From: Heterodontus francisci
Taxonomy: Eukaryota
Length of the DNA stretch: 64,000 bases
Assembly: GCF_036365525.1 (NCBI RefSeq)
Contig: NC_090411.1
Coordinates: forward strand, 21,343,259 to 21,407,258
Direction of reading: 5' to 3'
The translations under genes were made by a program, and so were the position numbers. The notes under the pieces are model-generated. The model was not told where the DNA came from and ran no database searches. It was given only the letters and a program-made list of their open reading frames with translations. This document shows positions 1 to 13,070 of this stretch, in pieces. How positions within the stretch are numbered: position 1 is the stretch's first letter; each line of letters starts with the position of its first letter.

Positions 1-402
1 TTTCACTGGGCACTGAATGGTCTAATTTTATGAAACATAACTGTACATTCACTCTTTGTGAGGGAGTTAAAGTCCAATTAGTTTCAACCCAGGGGTACCT
101 TTTCCCAGCTCAAGATAGCAGCAGATCCTTGGGTTCAGGTTTGCAGATGAAGATTACCCTCTGGTACCATGCCCAAATGATACCCCCCTGTCTAAAGCCT
201 AAAAATAAGTGTCAATGGGCCTTTTGACTCTAGGCAATCACAGCCAAGAGTATTTTCCCTGTCCTCATCCATGTCTGCACACATGCACTTCCTAGCAGAA
301 GCCATGGATGGCGATGGGGAGTAGTAGCTGTGACTGGTTGCTCCAGCTGAGGTCAGCATAGGTCAGGATGGCACCTGGATGACACATTCTTATGAAAGAA
401 AA

Positions 403-650
403 ACTTGCATTTATATAGCGCCTTTCTTGACTATTGCACTGTAAGAATCACGGCAGCCAATGTGTGTACAGCAAGCTCTCACAAACAGCGATGTGATGAT
501 GACCAGATAGTCTGCTTTAAAGATGTTGGTTGAGGGATAAATATTGTCCAGGACACTGCGGAGAAGTCCTCTGCTCTTCTTCGAAATAGTGCCATGGGAT
601 CTTTTACATCCACCTGAGAGAGCAGTCAGGGGCCTCGATTTAATGCCTTG
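403..650 (-). mobile_element. Deu-domain SINE (SacSINE1/AmnSINE1-like) fragment
   Basis: Reverse complement contains the AATATTTATCCCTCAACCAACATC motif and the 3' tail ending CGCTATATAAATGCAAGT. The same family recurs at about 20730-21110, 28100-28490 and 54570-55150. Confidence 0.75.
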
Positions 651-1859
651 GAATATGCTGACGTGGGGCCTGATGCCTGTTGGAGGACACTTCCAAGACA
701 TTCGACGGACTCTGCCCACTGGTACAAGTGATGAGCTACTCTTTAAAGGGGGTCACTGGAGGGCAAAGACAACTTGTTAAACCGGAATGTCCCTCCTAGG
801 GCCCACATAACAACTCTTGTTCAGTGCCTATGGGGTGCGACTCCCCTCCACCTGGGCTGATATTACTCACTCAGGGTGTGGTTGTTTCTGGTAGCAGCTC
901 TCAATTCATGCACTAACGACTAGTGAACTCCACAAAATGATGATAAAAGGAACATTAGCTCAGGATTAGTGCCAACAGCATAAATGGAAGGAATGGGTTT
1001 CCAAGAGATGGAGGACTTAGCTTCAAAGTGCCTAATGAAACAAAATCGTTCACAGCATTTAAGAGGGGATTAGGCAAATACTTGAAGAATAAAATATTAG
1101 AGGACATGGTGAAAGAGAAGGGAAGTGGAATTAGAATCAATAGTTTCAGTGGGAGAACTAACCCTGGCACAGGACAGTGGGCTGATGACCTCTATCTGTA
1201 AAACAAATGTCCACGATTCTTATGACTCTATCATTGCAAGTCAGTCGGGAAGTCATTTGCATTATATTCTGTTCAATTCAGTGGCATTCACTGAAGGCCT
1301 GAGTTGAGATGGATTCTGATGTGTCTGTGTATTTTTGTGCTGTTAAGTAATTTTCAGAGTCACATGATGGAGTAACCTTCTTCACATCAATGTCCTAATG
1401 TTTGGTTTGATTGACCGGTTCCCCAAACTGCTCGAGAGATCAGTCGCTGAATCATCCTGGAAACAAAATGGAGCCTGAATTGATGGCAAATTATTCCACA
1501 TTTTCTATGATTAAATAAACACAAATTCTTTTAGAAACAGTCAATAGGACCAACACAGCTTGAAGCTAGAAACAAGACTGTTCAGGAATTATTTACTTAG
1601 TAGGTCAGGCAGCCTTGGTAGAAAGACAATATTAGACAACACTTCGGGCCTTAAACCCTTCATTGGGACTAAAGAACTCTGCATTCTATTGCATATTCCA
1701 AAGCCTCAAGACATTCCAAAATACGCGATAGCCAATTAAGTATTTTTGAAATGTAGTCACTGTGATAATGTAGGAAACACAGTAGCTTTGGCCGTGCAGC
1801 ATTAATGCACTAGAGTGTTGGCCTGGATTTTGTGCTCAACTCTCAGAACTGAAGAAGTC

Positions 1860-2560
1860 TTTTGTATAAAGCCTGAGTGGGACCACACCTAGAGTACTGT
1901 GTACAGTTTTGTTCTCCTTACCTAAGGAAGGATATACTTGCCCTGGTGGGAGTGCAACAAAGGTTCATTGGACTGATTCCTGGGATGAGGGGATTGTCCT
2001 ATGAGGGGAAATGGAGCAGATTGGAAATATATTCCCTGGAATTTAGAAGAATGAAATGTGATCTCATTCAGACATATAAAATTCTTAAAGGGCCTTTACA
2101 GGTTAGTTGCTGGAAGGGTATTTACTCAGGCTGGGGAGTCTGGAATTAGGGGCTACCATCTCAGAATATGGAGTTGGTCATTTAGGACTGAGATGAGGAA
2201 AAGATTGTGAATCTTTGGAATTCTCTACCCCAGACAGCAGTGGATGTTCAGTCATTGAGTATATTCACAGCTGCGATTGATAGCTTTTTGGATACTGACA
2301 TAAGCGATATGAGATTAGGAAAATGGGAAATAGGAGCAGGAGTAGGCCATTCGGCCCCTCGAGCCTGCTCTACCATTCAACTGGATCATGACTGATCTTC
2401 TACCTCAATGCCTTTTTCCTGCACTACCCCCAGATATCTTTAATATCTAGAAATTCATCAATGTGTAGGAAGTTGAGGTAGATGATCAGCCATGGTCATA
2501 TTAAATGGAAGAGCAGGCTCAAAGGGCCAAATGGCCTACTCCTGCTCCTATTTCTTATGC
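1860..2560 (+). mobile_element. CR1 LINE 3' fragment(s)
   Basis: ORF pieces [21 protein letters not shown]...RGLSYE and NLWNSLPQ, then a 3' UTR tail ending AATGGCCTACTCCTGCTCCTATTTCTTATG. Confidence 0.9.
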
Positions 2561-3391
2561 CTCCTGAATGTGGCTTGGACCCACGACCTTCTGACTTGGT
2601 GAGAGTGATATCACTGAGCCAGCTGACTAGGAGATATTGCAGATGGGCAGCAATTAAAAAGGACACAATGAGAGACAGGGGGTAAGGGCAAAAGAGAAAA
2701 AACATGAATACACAAGAGAAGTAGAGTCAGCTGTGAAATGGGGTGATTAAATGGCAGACAAAAGCTGACAAAAGGAGACATAATGAGAGAAATCAAAGAT
2801 ATATACGAGACACAGTGAAAAAGTGACGAGTTATAGACGAAAAGGGAAACATGACATTGTCTCTTAAACCTGAAAGTTTGTTCCAGAACTGAATTATTGT
2901 GTAAAATAAATAACTCTTCATTTCTCTACCTAAATTGCTGTTTTAAACATGTGTTTCCTGGTATTTGCCCAGATCGGTTTTGTCAATCCCCTTTGCACCT
3001 TTAAAAACTTCAAATAAGTCACCTTAATGTCTCCTCTTCCAAGAAAACAATCCCATTTCCCTTAACTTTGGATGAATTTTGACCATGGAAGATGCCAATT
3101 GTCAGGATTCCTGTTTCCTATAAATATGAGTCAGGGCTTAGAACATTCCATAATTACTTAACATTCTGAGGCTTGACCTCTGACCTACTGATACAAAACA
3201 GGCCACTTGATCACTAGTTAGAAACAGGGCAAACCCTCAACTCTTCATAGTTATCAACTAGACTTTGCCTAGCCAATAATGAAACCGATGGCTTTGACTT
3301 TATGGGATTGGTGGATCTGTTTCTTCAGGAATTTTGTTTCCAAGACCGTCAACACATTCTGATCTGATGTTTCTTTCTTGTCTCCTTCTAG

Positions 3392-3443
3392 TTGAGAATG
3401 TCACTCACTGTGAGTTTCCTCTTCTCCGGGACCTCATCGTTAG
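3392..3443 (+). CDS. Septin (SEPT3 subgroup), penultimate coding exon
   Basis: Polypyrimidine tract and AG (3390-3391), donor GTAATG at 3444. The 52 nt read (V)ENVTHCEFPLLRDLIV(R), the conserved septin unique-element motif VENxxHCEFxxLRD. Its phase-2 end joins the next exon to form an AGG (Arg) codon. Confidence 0.93.
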
Positions 3444-4160
3444 GTAATGATAGTTCTTACAAGTGTAAGATTTACTCTACCTTTTTTTATTGTATTTCAT
3501 GAATTTCTCTCTTTATCTCTCTCCACATCTTTCTATTTCTCCTCTTTGCTGCCTGTTCTTTTCTCCATCTTTATTTATGCGTCATATCTCCTCTCTTTTC
3601 ACCTTTTTCTCTTTCATATTTTTTCTAATTTCCCTTCTATCATGCTCTCGCTGTGTCTTTCTTCCTCAATTTTAAGTTCTTTTTTTTCTCCCCTCAATCT
3701 GTACTACATCTTTCTCTCTTGTACAATTTTAATCATTGTTTCACATTTTTCTTCCCTCTCCCTCCCCTTCCTAATTGCCAACCTTCCATTTTATTTTCCA
3801 CCTTTTTCTGTTTCCTTCCCCATTTATCTTACCCCTACTTTCTCTGTTCATCTTTTGCTGATGCTCCTTCTCTTTGCTTCTCTCTATCTGTTGCCTCCCT
3901 CAATTCATTTTCTCACTGTTTCTCTTTTTCCCTTTTGTTTTACTATTGCACTTTGTCTCTTCACCTCTCTTTCTACTGCCTTTCCCTCTCCTCCTATCCT
4001 CTTCTCCCTGTTTACTTCCTTCTCTGAATGTCCTTGTATTTTTTTTCCCTCCTCTCCTCCTGGCTGCTCCTTCTCCTGTCCTCGTGACACACTGGGCACC
4101 TCTATTTCCATCTTAATTTCCTTTTCTCTCTGTCGCTCTGTGCCTTTCTCCTGCCCTCTC
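3444..4160. repeat. Pyrimidine-rich low-complexity septin intron
   Basis: Strong C/T bias between the two septin exons. Confidence 0.85.
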
Positions 4161-4183
4161 GGTGTGGTGCCCTCGCTCCGCAG

Positions 4184-4310
4184 GACTCACCTCCAGGACC
4201 TGAAGGAGGTGACGCACAACATTTTCTACGAGACGTATCGGGCAAAGCGACTGAACGAAAACGGGAACCTGGCCAGCGACGCGGAGGAAGTACATGAAAG
4301 TAATCTCTGA
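4184..4310 (+). CDS. SEPTIN3: Septin (SEPT3 subgroup, most like neuronal-specific septin-3), terminal coding exon
   Basis: Acceptor CGCAG at 4179-4183. Reads (R)THLQDLKEVTHNIFYETYRAKRLNENGNLASDAEEVHESNL*, closely matching the SEPT3 C-terminus, with no coiled coil as expected for this subgroup. SEPT3 versus SEPT12 or another paralogue cannot be settled from two exons. Candidate polyA signal AATAAA at 4632-4637. Confidence 0.8.
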
Positions 4311-5652
4311 ACCCGCCAAGAGAAACAAAAACCCTCCGTCCCTGGAACCTTGTGTAAAATCTAATTTTGTAAGCGTGAAACAAAACGGGACAAAGCAAAC
4401 ACAAATCTGTCACTTATGAAGAGTGAAGCCCTTTAAAGATTAGCCACTAGATCACATCAGGCATGTTATCCATCACTTGATCTTAATACATATTGAATAG
4501 TTTATTTAAGGCTTATCTTCCAGCACCTGAACGTGTTTCTGTGAACCTTCAGCTCCTGTTAAATTTGTTGTCCCTTTTTCTATATTTCCCCAACCTTATC
4601 GTGCTCTGTGTGTGTCTGTCAGACACTGGTAAATAAATTGGATTTTTTTTCCTGTTTATTCAGTTTTCTCCCTTCCGCTTGTTCAGCTCAAGAGGCTCAT
4701 TGTTGAGCCCCTGGTTCTTACTGGCGTCCTGACCTAGCTGCTCCTCCATATCTCGCCCAATGTGCCAATCTAGACAATGAATGTCAGCAGATTATTCGAC
4801 TGTGATGGGCGTCACAGCTAAACCTGATCTGCTCCTCACCTGGTAGTTACACACGCACTTGCCATCAGGAGTCTCTTTAATTGTCCAGGGACCAGTGGTA
4901 TAACCTTCTCCAGGTGCCCGAGCTGAGACTAGCTGAGTCAGGATGTTGAAACCTCCCTGGCATGTGTCTGTGCCTCAGAATCACACTGAACAGCACATTT
5001 ACTCATCAAACCTTCAGGGGAATGAGCAAAGGAATACTATTCAATATGTAGCCGTGCAACCAATCGCAGGTTCTTCCCCCCCACCCTACCACCCACCCCC
5101 GCCCCAGAATGAAGGGGTAGATCTCACGAATTAGTGCTCCCAAGCAAGGCCTTGCAGGGCAGGAAGGCAAGATGGGAATTCCACTGCTGGCTTTCCCTCC
5201 ATTCGATGGAAAATGAGGCTGAGCAAGCTGAACGCCAGTTCCCGATGTGCGCTCACGCTGTGCAAGTCTCTGAAACCAGGAGCACCAATTTGTGAAATCT
5301 ACCCGGGAGAGTGGGACTAGGTGAAATGCTCATTAGGAGAGCCGATGCAGACACAAAATGGGCCAAATGGCCTCCTTCTGTGTTGTAGCAATTCTGTTGC
5401 TACAGGACCCCTGAAAGGTCCAGCTTTGTTCCAGTGGTTTATGGCAACTTGACTGGAGCCTCTATCGCACAAAAAAAAAAGCAGAATACTTAGCAAATGC
5501 ACATTGGGGAAAATGTTATATATGTGCACTCCCCGCAGATAGCACCAACCCAACCTGGGTGGCCAATAAGAAAGCTGGGCCCAGGCGCCCCATGATTATC
5601 TTTAGCCATTCCTGACCGGAAATTGCAACCACTTTGACACAGAGGATGCAAC

Positions 5653-5907
5653 TAGGGTTGCCAACCCTCCTGGACTACTCTGGAGCCCCAGCAAAGAGAC
5701 ATTAATCTCCAGAACACTCCTGTGAGCAACACCTGGGAGAAAAATCGTAAGTGTTCATTTTTTTTTTGAACACTTTTGTTTAATAGTTCCAAAAATGTTG
5801 GAGGTTGGGGGAGAAAAAAAGGTTGTTTGACGGGGAGGCACGGCTGGAGGTGGGAGGTCATATGATGGCATCTCCTGGAACACATCCTGCCAGAGTTGGC
5901 GACCTTA
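5653..5907. mobile_element. Short non-autonomous DNA transposon (hAT-like MITE)
   Basis: Imperfect terminal inverted repeats TAGGGTTGCCAAC / GTTGGCGACCTTA. No clear target-site duplication. Confidence 0.5.
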
Positions 5908-7639
5908 TGTGTGAGAGGTGAAAAGTCGCACCTGTCCTTGCTCAGTTGGATGTTGTCTGACCTGCTGTACATTTTCAGTATTTTCTGGTTCCGATTCCCA
6001 GCGTTTAGAGATGGTCTTTCTGCCTTTAAGTCACTATTGGCCTGGTACCTCGTGGTTTGCACTCCCCCCAACACGATAGCTGTCTTCACGTGATTTATTT
6101 TCTGACTAGCAATCACTCGCACAAGTAAATAGCCACTTGGTGTTAACTGTGCAGCATGTTCCAGAATGTTCTTAGCAATGACTGTGGAATGCATATAGCC
6201 AATCACATGGGTGATGTACATAATAAGCAGTGTGGAAGATTGTCACCTTTGTAGTTTCCTAACTTGTTTTTCTGAGCGAATGTCTATAATGTGCCAGCCA
6301 TGAATTCCATCCATTAGACTCTGGGCCGAGGAATTGCCAATATGCTTCCTGTTTTCTCCTCTTCCCTTTCCCTGATGTTGTTACTTCATATTGTCACTTT
6401 TCCGATACCTGCGCGCAAATACTTCACCTCTGAGTGAGTGTTGCCAGTCTATTTGACTCTGAAAGCTTCGCAGCTGCATCTGATGCAGTCCACACACGGT
6501 GTCCACACAGGCTCATTTTCCAGTCGGGGGTCAGCGACTGCCAGGATCTATGAATGGCTTCCCCCTCCCTAACTGAGACCAACTGTAGCACCTCAACCAC
6601 TGAGCTGATTGACATCAGCCAACCCAGCAGAGACTGAGGGTGCCCTTGTTCCATTTGGTGCTTTACCACAGCAGAGAGTGCCATTACCATAGAGACACGA
6701 TGTGGGATGGGGGAGGTATCATTTGTGATTTTGACGGCAGTTAATAATTGGGCACCAGATTTGACTTCTCATCCTCCTAGCCCCATGTCAAATAGAGCAG
6801 GGTTCAAGGCCGATGATGAAGCCAGCTTGCCCAAATGAGGCAGAGCCAGTAACTCACAAGTGACAGCAGAGATCTTGGTCATATGCCTCTTGTTTGAGTT
6901 CACCAACTTTTTTGCCATTCCAAAATCAGGTGCTCCCAGCTCCGAACTCCCTCTTAATGGGGCCAAGAGGAACGCAGAATTTCTGGAAAACCTCCATTAA
7001 TATATTAATATTTGGGAGATGGATCAACATTGGGTGAGTCATGGAGATGAACTACAAAGAGTAACAGACTCCTGGGAATTTGGTTCAACACCTGAACAGT
7101 CCACTGAAAAACTAGAAGGGCCCGACCACTTACTGCCTGATGTTCCTGGTGTCTTCATTTTGCAAATCAGGGCAAATTTACTCTGGCGAGGAACCAGAAA
7201 CAGATACTCCACTGATACCAGTGTAAAACTGTCTCCTGGATCTGACCCAAACATCTTGACTGGGAAGAGCTTGATGGTGTGAAAGAGTTTGTCCTTTCCA
7301 CAGCCCAGATCTCCCTCTGCAGAAACTCACTTTTTCACATTAAAAACTAGGTAGTTGGCTGAAGATTCTGTTTGCGAGCGAAAGTTTATTATTATATCAT
7401 CAGATGTTTTATTCTTTTTCTGGAAGTTTCCTATTGATAAGGCCATGCGTTTCCCTGTGGTAGTATTTGTGAGGTATAACTGATCTGATTTTTTAGGGTT
7501 ATATACTGCACTTTATCTGCAAATCTTTCAATGAGTGAGAGAAATTAAGTTGAAAACACTTTTTTGGAAATATTGTATCTGTGGATTGTAAATGTTATGT
7601 CACATAGAACCAGGTAGAATTTTATCACAGAAACCACAG

Positions 7640-8040
7640 AAGAATGAGAGGTGATCTGATTGAAACGTAAGATTCTGAGGGGGCTTGACAGGGTAGATTC
7701 TGAGAGGATGTTTCCCCTCGTATGGGAATCTTAACTAGGAGGCAGAATTTCATAGTAAGGGGTCTCCCATTTAAGACAGAGATGAGAAGGAATTTCTTCT
7801 CTCAGAAGGTTGTTAACCTTTGGAATTCTCTTTCCCAGAGGACAGTGGAGGCTGGGTCATTGAATATATTCAAGGCTGAGTTAGACAGATTTTTGATCTA
7901 GGAGGGAGTTAAGGGTAATGGGGGGCAGGCAGGAAATTGGAGTTAAAGCCAAATCTGATCCGCCACCATCTTATTGAATGGCAGAGTCTCAAGGGGCCAA
8001 ATGGCCTACTCCTGCTCCTATTTCTTATGTCCTTATGTAA
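7640..8040 (+). mobile_element. CR1 LINE 3' end
   Basis: Encodes [19 protein letters not shown]-type sequence and carries the characteristic 3' tail. Confidence 0.88.
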
Positions 8041-9900
8041 ACAGGCCATTTGACCCAACTGATCTATGTCAGTATTTATGCTCCACACGAGCCTCCTCCC
8101 ACCACTCTCCATCTCACCCGAGCAACATGTCCTTCTATTGCTTTCGCCCTCATGTGTTTATCTAACTTCCTCTTAAATGCATCTATGTTATTCGCTTCAC
8201 CACTCTCTGGGTAAAGAAGTTTCTCCTGAATTCTCTATTAGATTTATTAGTGAATATCATATAATTGGCCCCTAGTTCTGGTCTCAGCCACAAGTGGAAA
8301 CAGCTTTACTTACCCCCTCAAATCCTTTCGTAATCTTAAAGACCTTATCAGGTCACCCATCAGCCTTCTCTTTTCTAGAGTAAAGAGGTTCATCCATTTC
8401 AATGTTTCCTGATAAACTCCCCACCCCGGTATCATCCTTGTAAAACTTCTTTTACACCTTCACCAGTGCCTCTATATCCTTTTATAATGTGGAGATCAGA
8501 ACTGTGCACAGTGCTTCAAGTGTGGGCTGACCAAGATTCTATACAAGTTTAACATAACTTCTCTGTTTTTCAATCCTATCCCTCTAGAAATGAACCCCAG
8601 TGCTGTGCTTTTTATGGTCTTATTAACGTGCATCACTACTTTTAATGATTTGTGTATCTGTTCCCATAGATCCCTTTGCTCCTCTATCCTATTTAGACTC
8701 TAATTTTCCTAGGAGTATGTGGCTCCTTATTCTTCCCACCAAAAAACCATACCTCACATTTTATTTATTCATTTTTTTATTTAGAGATACAGCACTGAAA
8801 CAGGCCCTTCGGCCCACCGAGTCTGTGCCGACCAACAACCACCCATTTTTACTAACCCTACAGTAATCCCATATTCCCTATCACCTCCCTACACTAGGGG
8901 CAATTTACAACAGCCAATTTACCTATCACCTGCAAGTTTTTGGATGTGGGAGGAAACCGGAGCACCCGGTTTCGATATTGAAATCTATTTGCTAATTTCA
9001 CATCCATTCTGCAAGTTTACTAATGTTTTCCTGTATTTTGTTGCAGTCTTCTTCAATATTAGCTTTACCCCTTAACTTGGTGTCATCTGCTAACTTTGAA
9101 ACCGTATTTCCGATTCCCAAGTCCAAATCATTCATTAAAGAGTGAACAACTGTGTTCCCAGCACCAATCCCTGTGGAATGTCACTTTACACCTTCCACCA
9201 GTCTGATTAACTCACTGCTCTCTGTTTTGTAGCCAGCTTAACTATCCATTCTGTCGCTCGTACCCTGATTCCACATGTTCTGACCTTAGTCATGAGCCTA
9301 CTATGCGGTATCTATTGAAAGCCTCTTGAAAATCCAAATCACCACATTACCCTTGTGCACTTCCTCTGCTGCCTTTTCAAAGAATTCAATAAGGTTAGTC
9401 AAGCATGACCTTCCCTTTTGAAATCTCTGCTGACTACATTTTATGATATTTTTGGTTTCTGATAAGGATTCCATTATCTTTCCTACCATTGACATTAAGC
9501 TAACTGGTCTATAGTTCCCTGGACTCGTTCTAGCTCTCTTGTTAAATATAGGAATCACATTAGCTGTCCGCCAGTCCTCTAGCACTATGCCTTTTCCTGA
9601 TAAGGTTTCATACATGCATATATATGTGCGTGTAATTGTGCCTTTCTTATCTCTTATCTAACTTCTTTCAATATGCACGGATACAATCCATTTGGACCAG
9701 GGGTTTTATCCCTTCTGAATTTGATCAGTTTGTCAAATACTTCCCTCTTCCTATCTAAAGTGTCATATATTTTTTGATCTCTTCTTCTCATGTCATGTCC
9801 ATCCTGATAGTCTCCTTGGTAAATATTGAGGCTAAGTAATTGTTTAATGTTTCTGCCATTTTGCTGTCATTATCTGTGAGCTTATCTTGTGCATCCCTTA
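8040..9900 (-). mobile_element. Decayed CR1 LINE (RT region) with a nested partial HE1 SINE at about 8770-8970
   Basis: ORF 9301-9615 reads DWRTANVIPIFNK...PGNYRPVSLMSMVGK...GRSCLTNLIEFFE. Confidence 0.88.
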
Positions 9901-11724
9901 GCAACCTTAGGCTTGTTCATTCTTGCCCTGGAGTTAACAACACAGAACACTCCACTATTGTACCTCATCTAGTAAGCAACAATCTCTCACCTTTTGTCAA
10001 GGACCACAATCCAAACCGTGGCTTGACTTTTACGACAGTTATTGGGCGTCACTGCGTCAACAACTTAATAACCATCGGTGATTCAACCAGAAATAGCATT
10101 TTTTAAAAGATTTTTCCAGTGTTTAACTTGTTTAGGAAAGTCATGATAGTCATGGAATGAGTCTGATGGCATTGGGGTAAGAAATGGTTCTCTTCCTGGG
10201 AATATTCATAGGAATCAACTCAGTGATTAAAGAAATGGCTTCTTCAGGAAGGAGAACTGTGAATGCATCAAAGTGGTCAGGATCTTAATGAGAGGAAAAA
10301 AAGCTTAGTAAAGGAGCAATAACATTAAGGAGAGATATGTTGCAGTCCTTGGGGATATGAGGTAGGCTTGGAGCAGCTTCAGGGATAGTTATGTTGGCGT
10401 CTTTGTGGAGGCAAGGCGTTCTTAAAGAGGTTAGTGAAAGCCTTATCCGATGATGTATTGGCACGTTTGTGAAAGTGAAATTTCCTTGGGTAGCGGTTTC
10501 TGGCAGAAAAGTGTTGGGTAGCTGTGGGCTGAGACCGCCTTTGTTTTATGGGTAAATAATATCTTTGCAAACTCATCGCCCTTGTGTTAAAAAAAAACCC
10601 TTTTCCTCCATCATTTCATCACGTGGATAAGGCAGCTCCATAAATGGAAAGAGCTGTGCGGGAACAAGGCAGAAGGAAACACATTAGAGAATACCAGAGA
10701 ATCAGAGGCTTTTCCTATTTAGTAAATTCCTGTCATAGCACAAGTTATAATTTCTTTAGAGTAACAATCTTCCCTTGAGATAGTCTCCTCCTTCTCCTTC
10801 CCATCTCCCTCCCATGCCACACACCATGAAGTAGAGAGACAAAGTCTGCCTAGCTTTCCACAATACTGTCCGTTCCTTAGACTCTGGCCTCTTGTGCACC
10901 CCTACTTTGTCTCACCATTCATAGCTATGCCTTCAGCTGCCTATGCCCCACACATTGGAATTCCCTCTCTGAATCCATCTGCTTCTCCATCTCCCTCCCC
11001 TCCTTAAAACCCACATTTTTGACCCATCATTTGATCAACCCTCCTGATAGCTCTTCCTTTGACTTAGTTTCTGTTTCTCCTCTGTCTTTGTGAAGCACCT
11101 TGGAACCCTTCTCTACATTAAAGACGCTTTATAAACACAAGTTGTTGTCAATAAATCCATAACTAGCCAAGAGGCACAGTCCTGAAATTAAAATATTCAT
11201 AGACCACCCAAGAAAACATTGCATTGTTTTTTTTGGTATTTGTACCTCAATCCCTTTAACCTCCATGGAAATTTTTAATAATGCTGGATATTTTTTCCTC
11301 TGTTCAGTAGTAATCTTTGAAGCTTTTTTTGAAATGGGGTTAAGTTTGATTTAGCTTTGCGATATTAACCATAGCAATTTGTACTTATATAGTACATCTA
11401 ACATGATAAAACCTCCCAAGGCTCTTCACAGGAGCATTAATTAGCAAAATTTGACACTGAAACACAGAAGGAGATATTAGGGCAGACAACCAAAAGCTTG
11501 TTGAAGGAGGTAGGTTTTAAGGAGCATCTTAAAGGAGGAGAGAGAAGTGGAGAGGTTTAGAGAGGGAATTCCAGATCTTACATCAGACCATTGGATGAAA
11601 GGACTTGTTTCGAGTTGTTGTCCTCACATTCAGGATTGTCAATCATCAGCTCATGGTCTTGTAGAAGAGGCAGGCAGCAAAACCAAACCTGGTCAATTTC
11701 TTAACTAAATAAAGGTGATATAAC

Positions 11725-13070
11725 TAGAATCCATGATTAAGGAGGTTATAGCAGGATACTGAGAAAATCATAATGGGATCAGACAGAGTCAATATCGTTT
11801 TGTGAAAGGGAAATCGTATTTAACTAATTTATTAGAGTTCTTTGAGGAAGTAACAAGCAAGGTGGATAAAGGGAAACCTGTGGATGTGGTGTACTTAGAT
11901 TTCCAAAAGGCATTGGATAAGGTGCCACATCAAAGGTTACACAAGATAAGAGCACATGGTGTAGGGGGTAACATATTAGCATGGATAAAGGACTGGTTAA
12001 CAGGAAGCAGAGGGTAGGGATAAATGAGTCTTTTTCGGGTTGGCTAGCTGTAACTGGTGGAGTGCCACAGGGATCAGTGCTGGGGCTTCAACTATTTACA
12101 ATTTATATCGATGACTTGGATGAAGGGACCGAATGTATGGTAGCTAAATTTGCCGATGACACCAAGATAGGAAGGAAAGTAAGTTGTCAAGAGGAGGTAA
12201 AGGGTCTACAAAAGAATGTAGATAGGTTAAATGAGTGGGCAAAAATTTGGCAGATGGGGTATAATTTGGGAAAATGTGAACTTGTCCACTTTGACAGAAA
12301 GAATAGAAAAGCTGTATAATATTTAAATAGAGATTGCGGAACTCAGTGGTACAGAGGGATCTGGGTGTTCTGGTTCATGAATCACAAAAGGTTAGTATAC
12401 AGGTACAGAAAGTGATTAAGAAGGAAAATGGAATGTTGGCATTTATTGCAAAGGGAATTGAGTATAAAAGTGGGGAAGTTTTACTGCAGCTGTACAGGAC
12501 CTTGGTGAGACCACATCTGGAGTACTGTGTACAGTTTTGGTCTCCTTATTTGAAAAATGATATAATTGCATTCGAAGCAGTTTGGAGAAGGTTCACGCAA
12601 CTAATTCTGGGGATGAAGTTCTTACCTTATGAAGAAAGGTTGAACAGGTTGGGTCTATAACCATTGGAGTGTAGGAGAATGATCTTACTGAAACATATAA
12701 GATCCTGAGGGGACTTGATAGAGTGAATACTGGGAGGATGTTTCCTCTTGTGGAGGAGACTAGAAGTAGGGGACACAGTTTAAGAATAAGAGGTCTCCCG
12801 TTTAAGATGGAGATGAGGAGAATTTTTTTTTCTCAAAGGGTCATTAGTCTGTGGCATTCTCCTCCCCAGGAAGCAGTGGAGGCTAGGTCATTGAATTTAC
12901 TCAAGGCTGAGTTAGATAGATTTTAGATAAGGTAGGCAAGGGTTATGGGGTCAGACAGGAAAGTGGAGTTGAGACCACAATCAGATCAGCCGTGATCTTA
13001 TTGAACGGCAGAGCAGGCTCGAAGGGCCGAATGGCCTACGCCTGCTCCTAACTCCTATGTACCTATGTAT
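11725..13070 (+). mobile_element. CR1 LINE, 5'-truncated RT through 3' tail
   Basis: Frameshifted ORFs with [16 protein letters not shown] and [13 protein letters not shown]. Confidence 0.95.

Noticed and set aside
3447-4183. 287-aa hydrophobic ORF 3447-4310 resembling a multi-pass membrane protein
   Set aside because: The N-terminal 245 aa are translated pyrimidine-rich intron bounded by the septin GT and AG. Only 4184-4310 is coding.
5652-6221. 189-aa minus-strand ORF
   Set aside because: Overlaps a MITE and probable septin 3' flank, with no recognisable domain or splice support.
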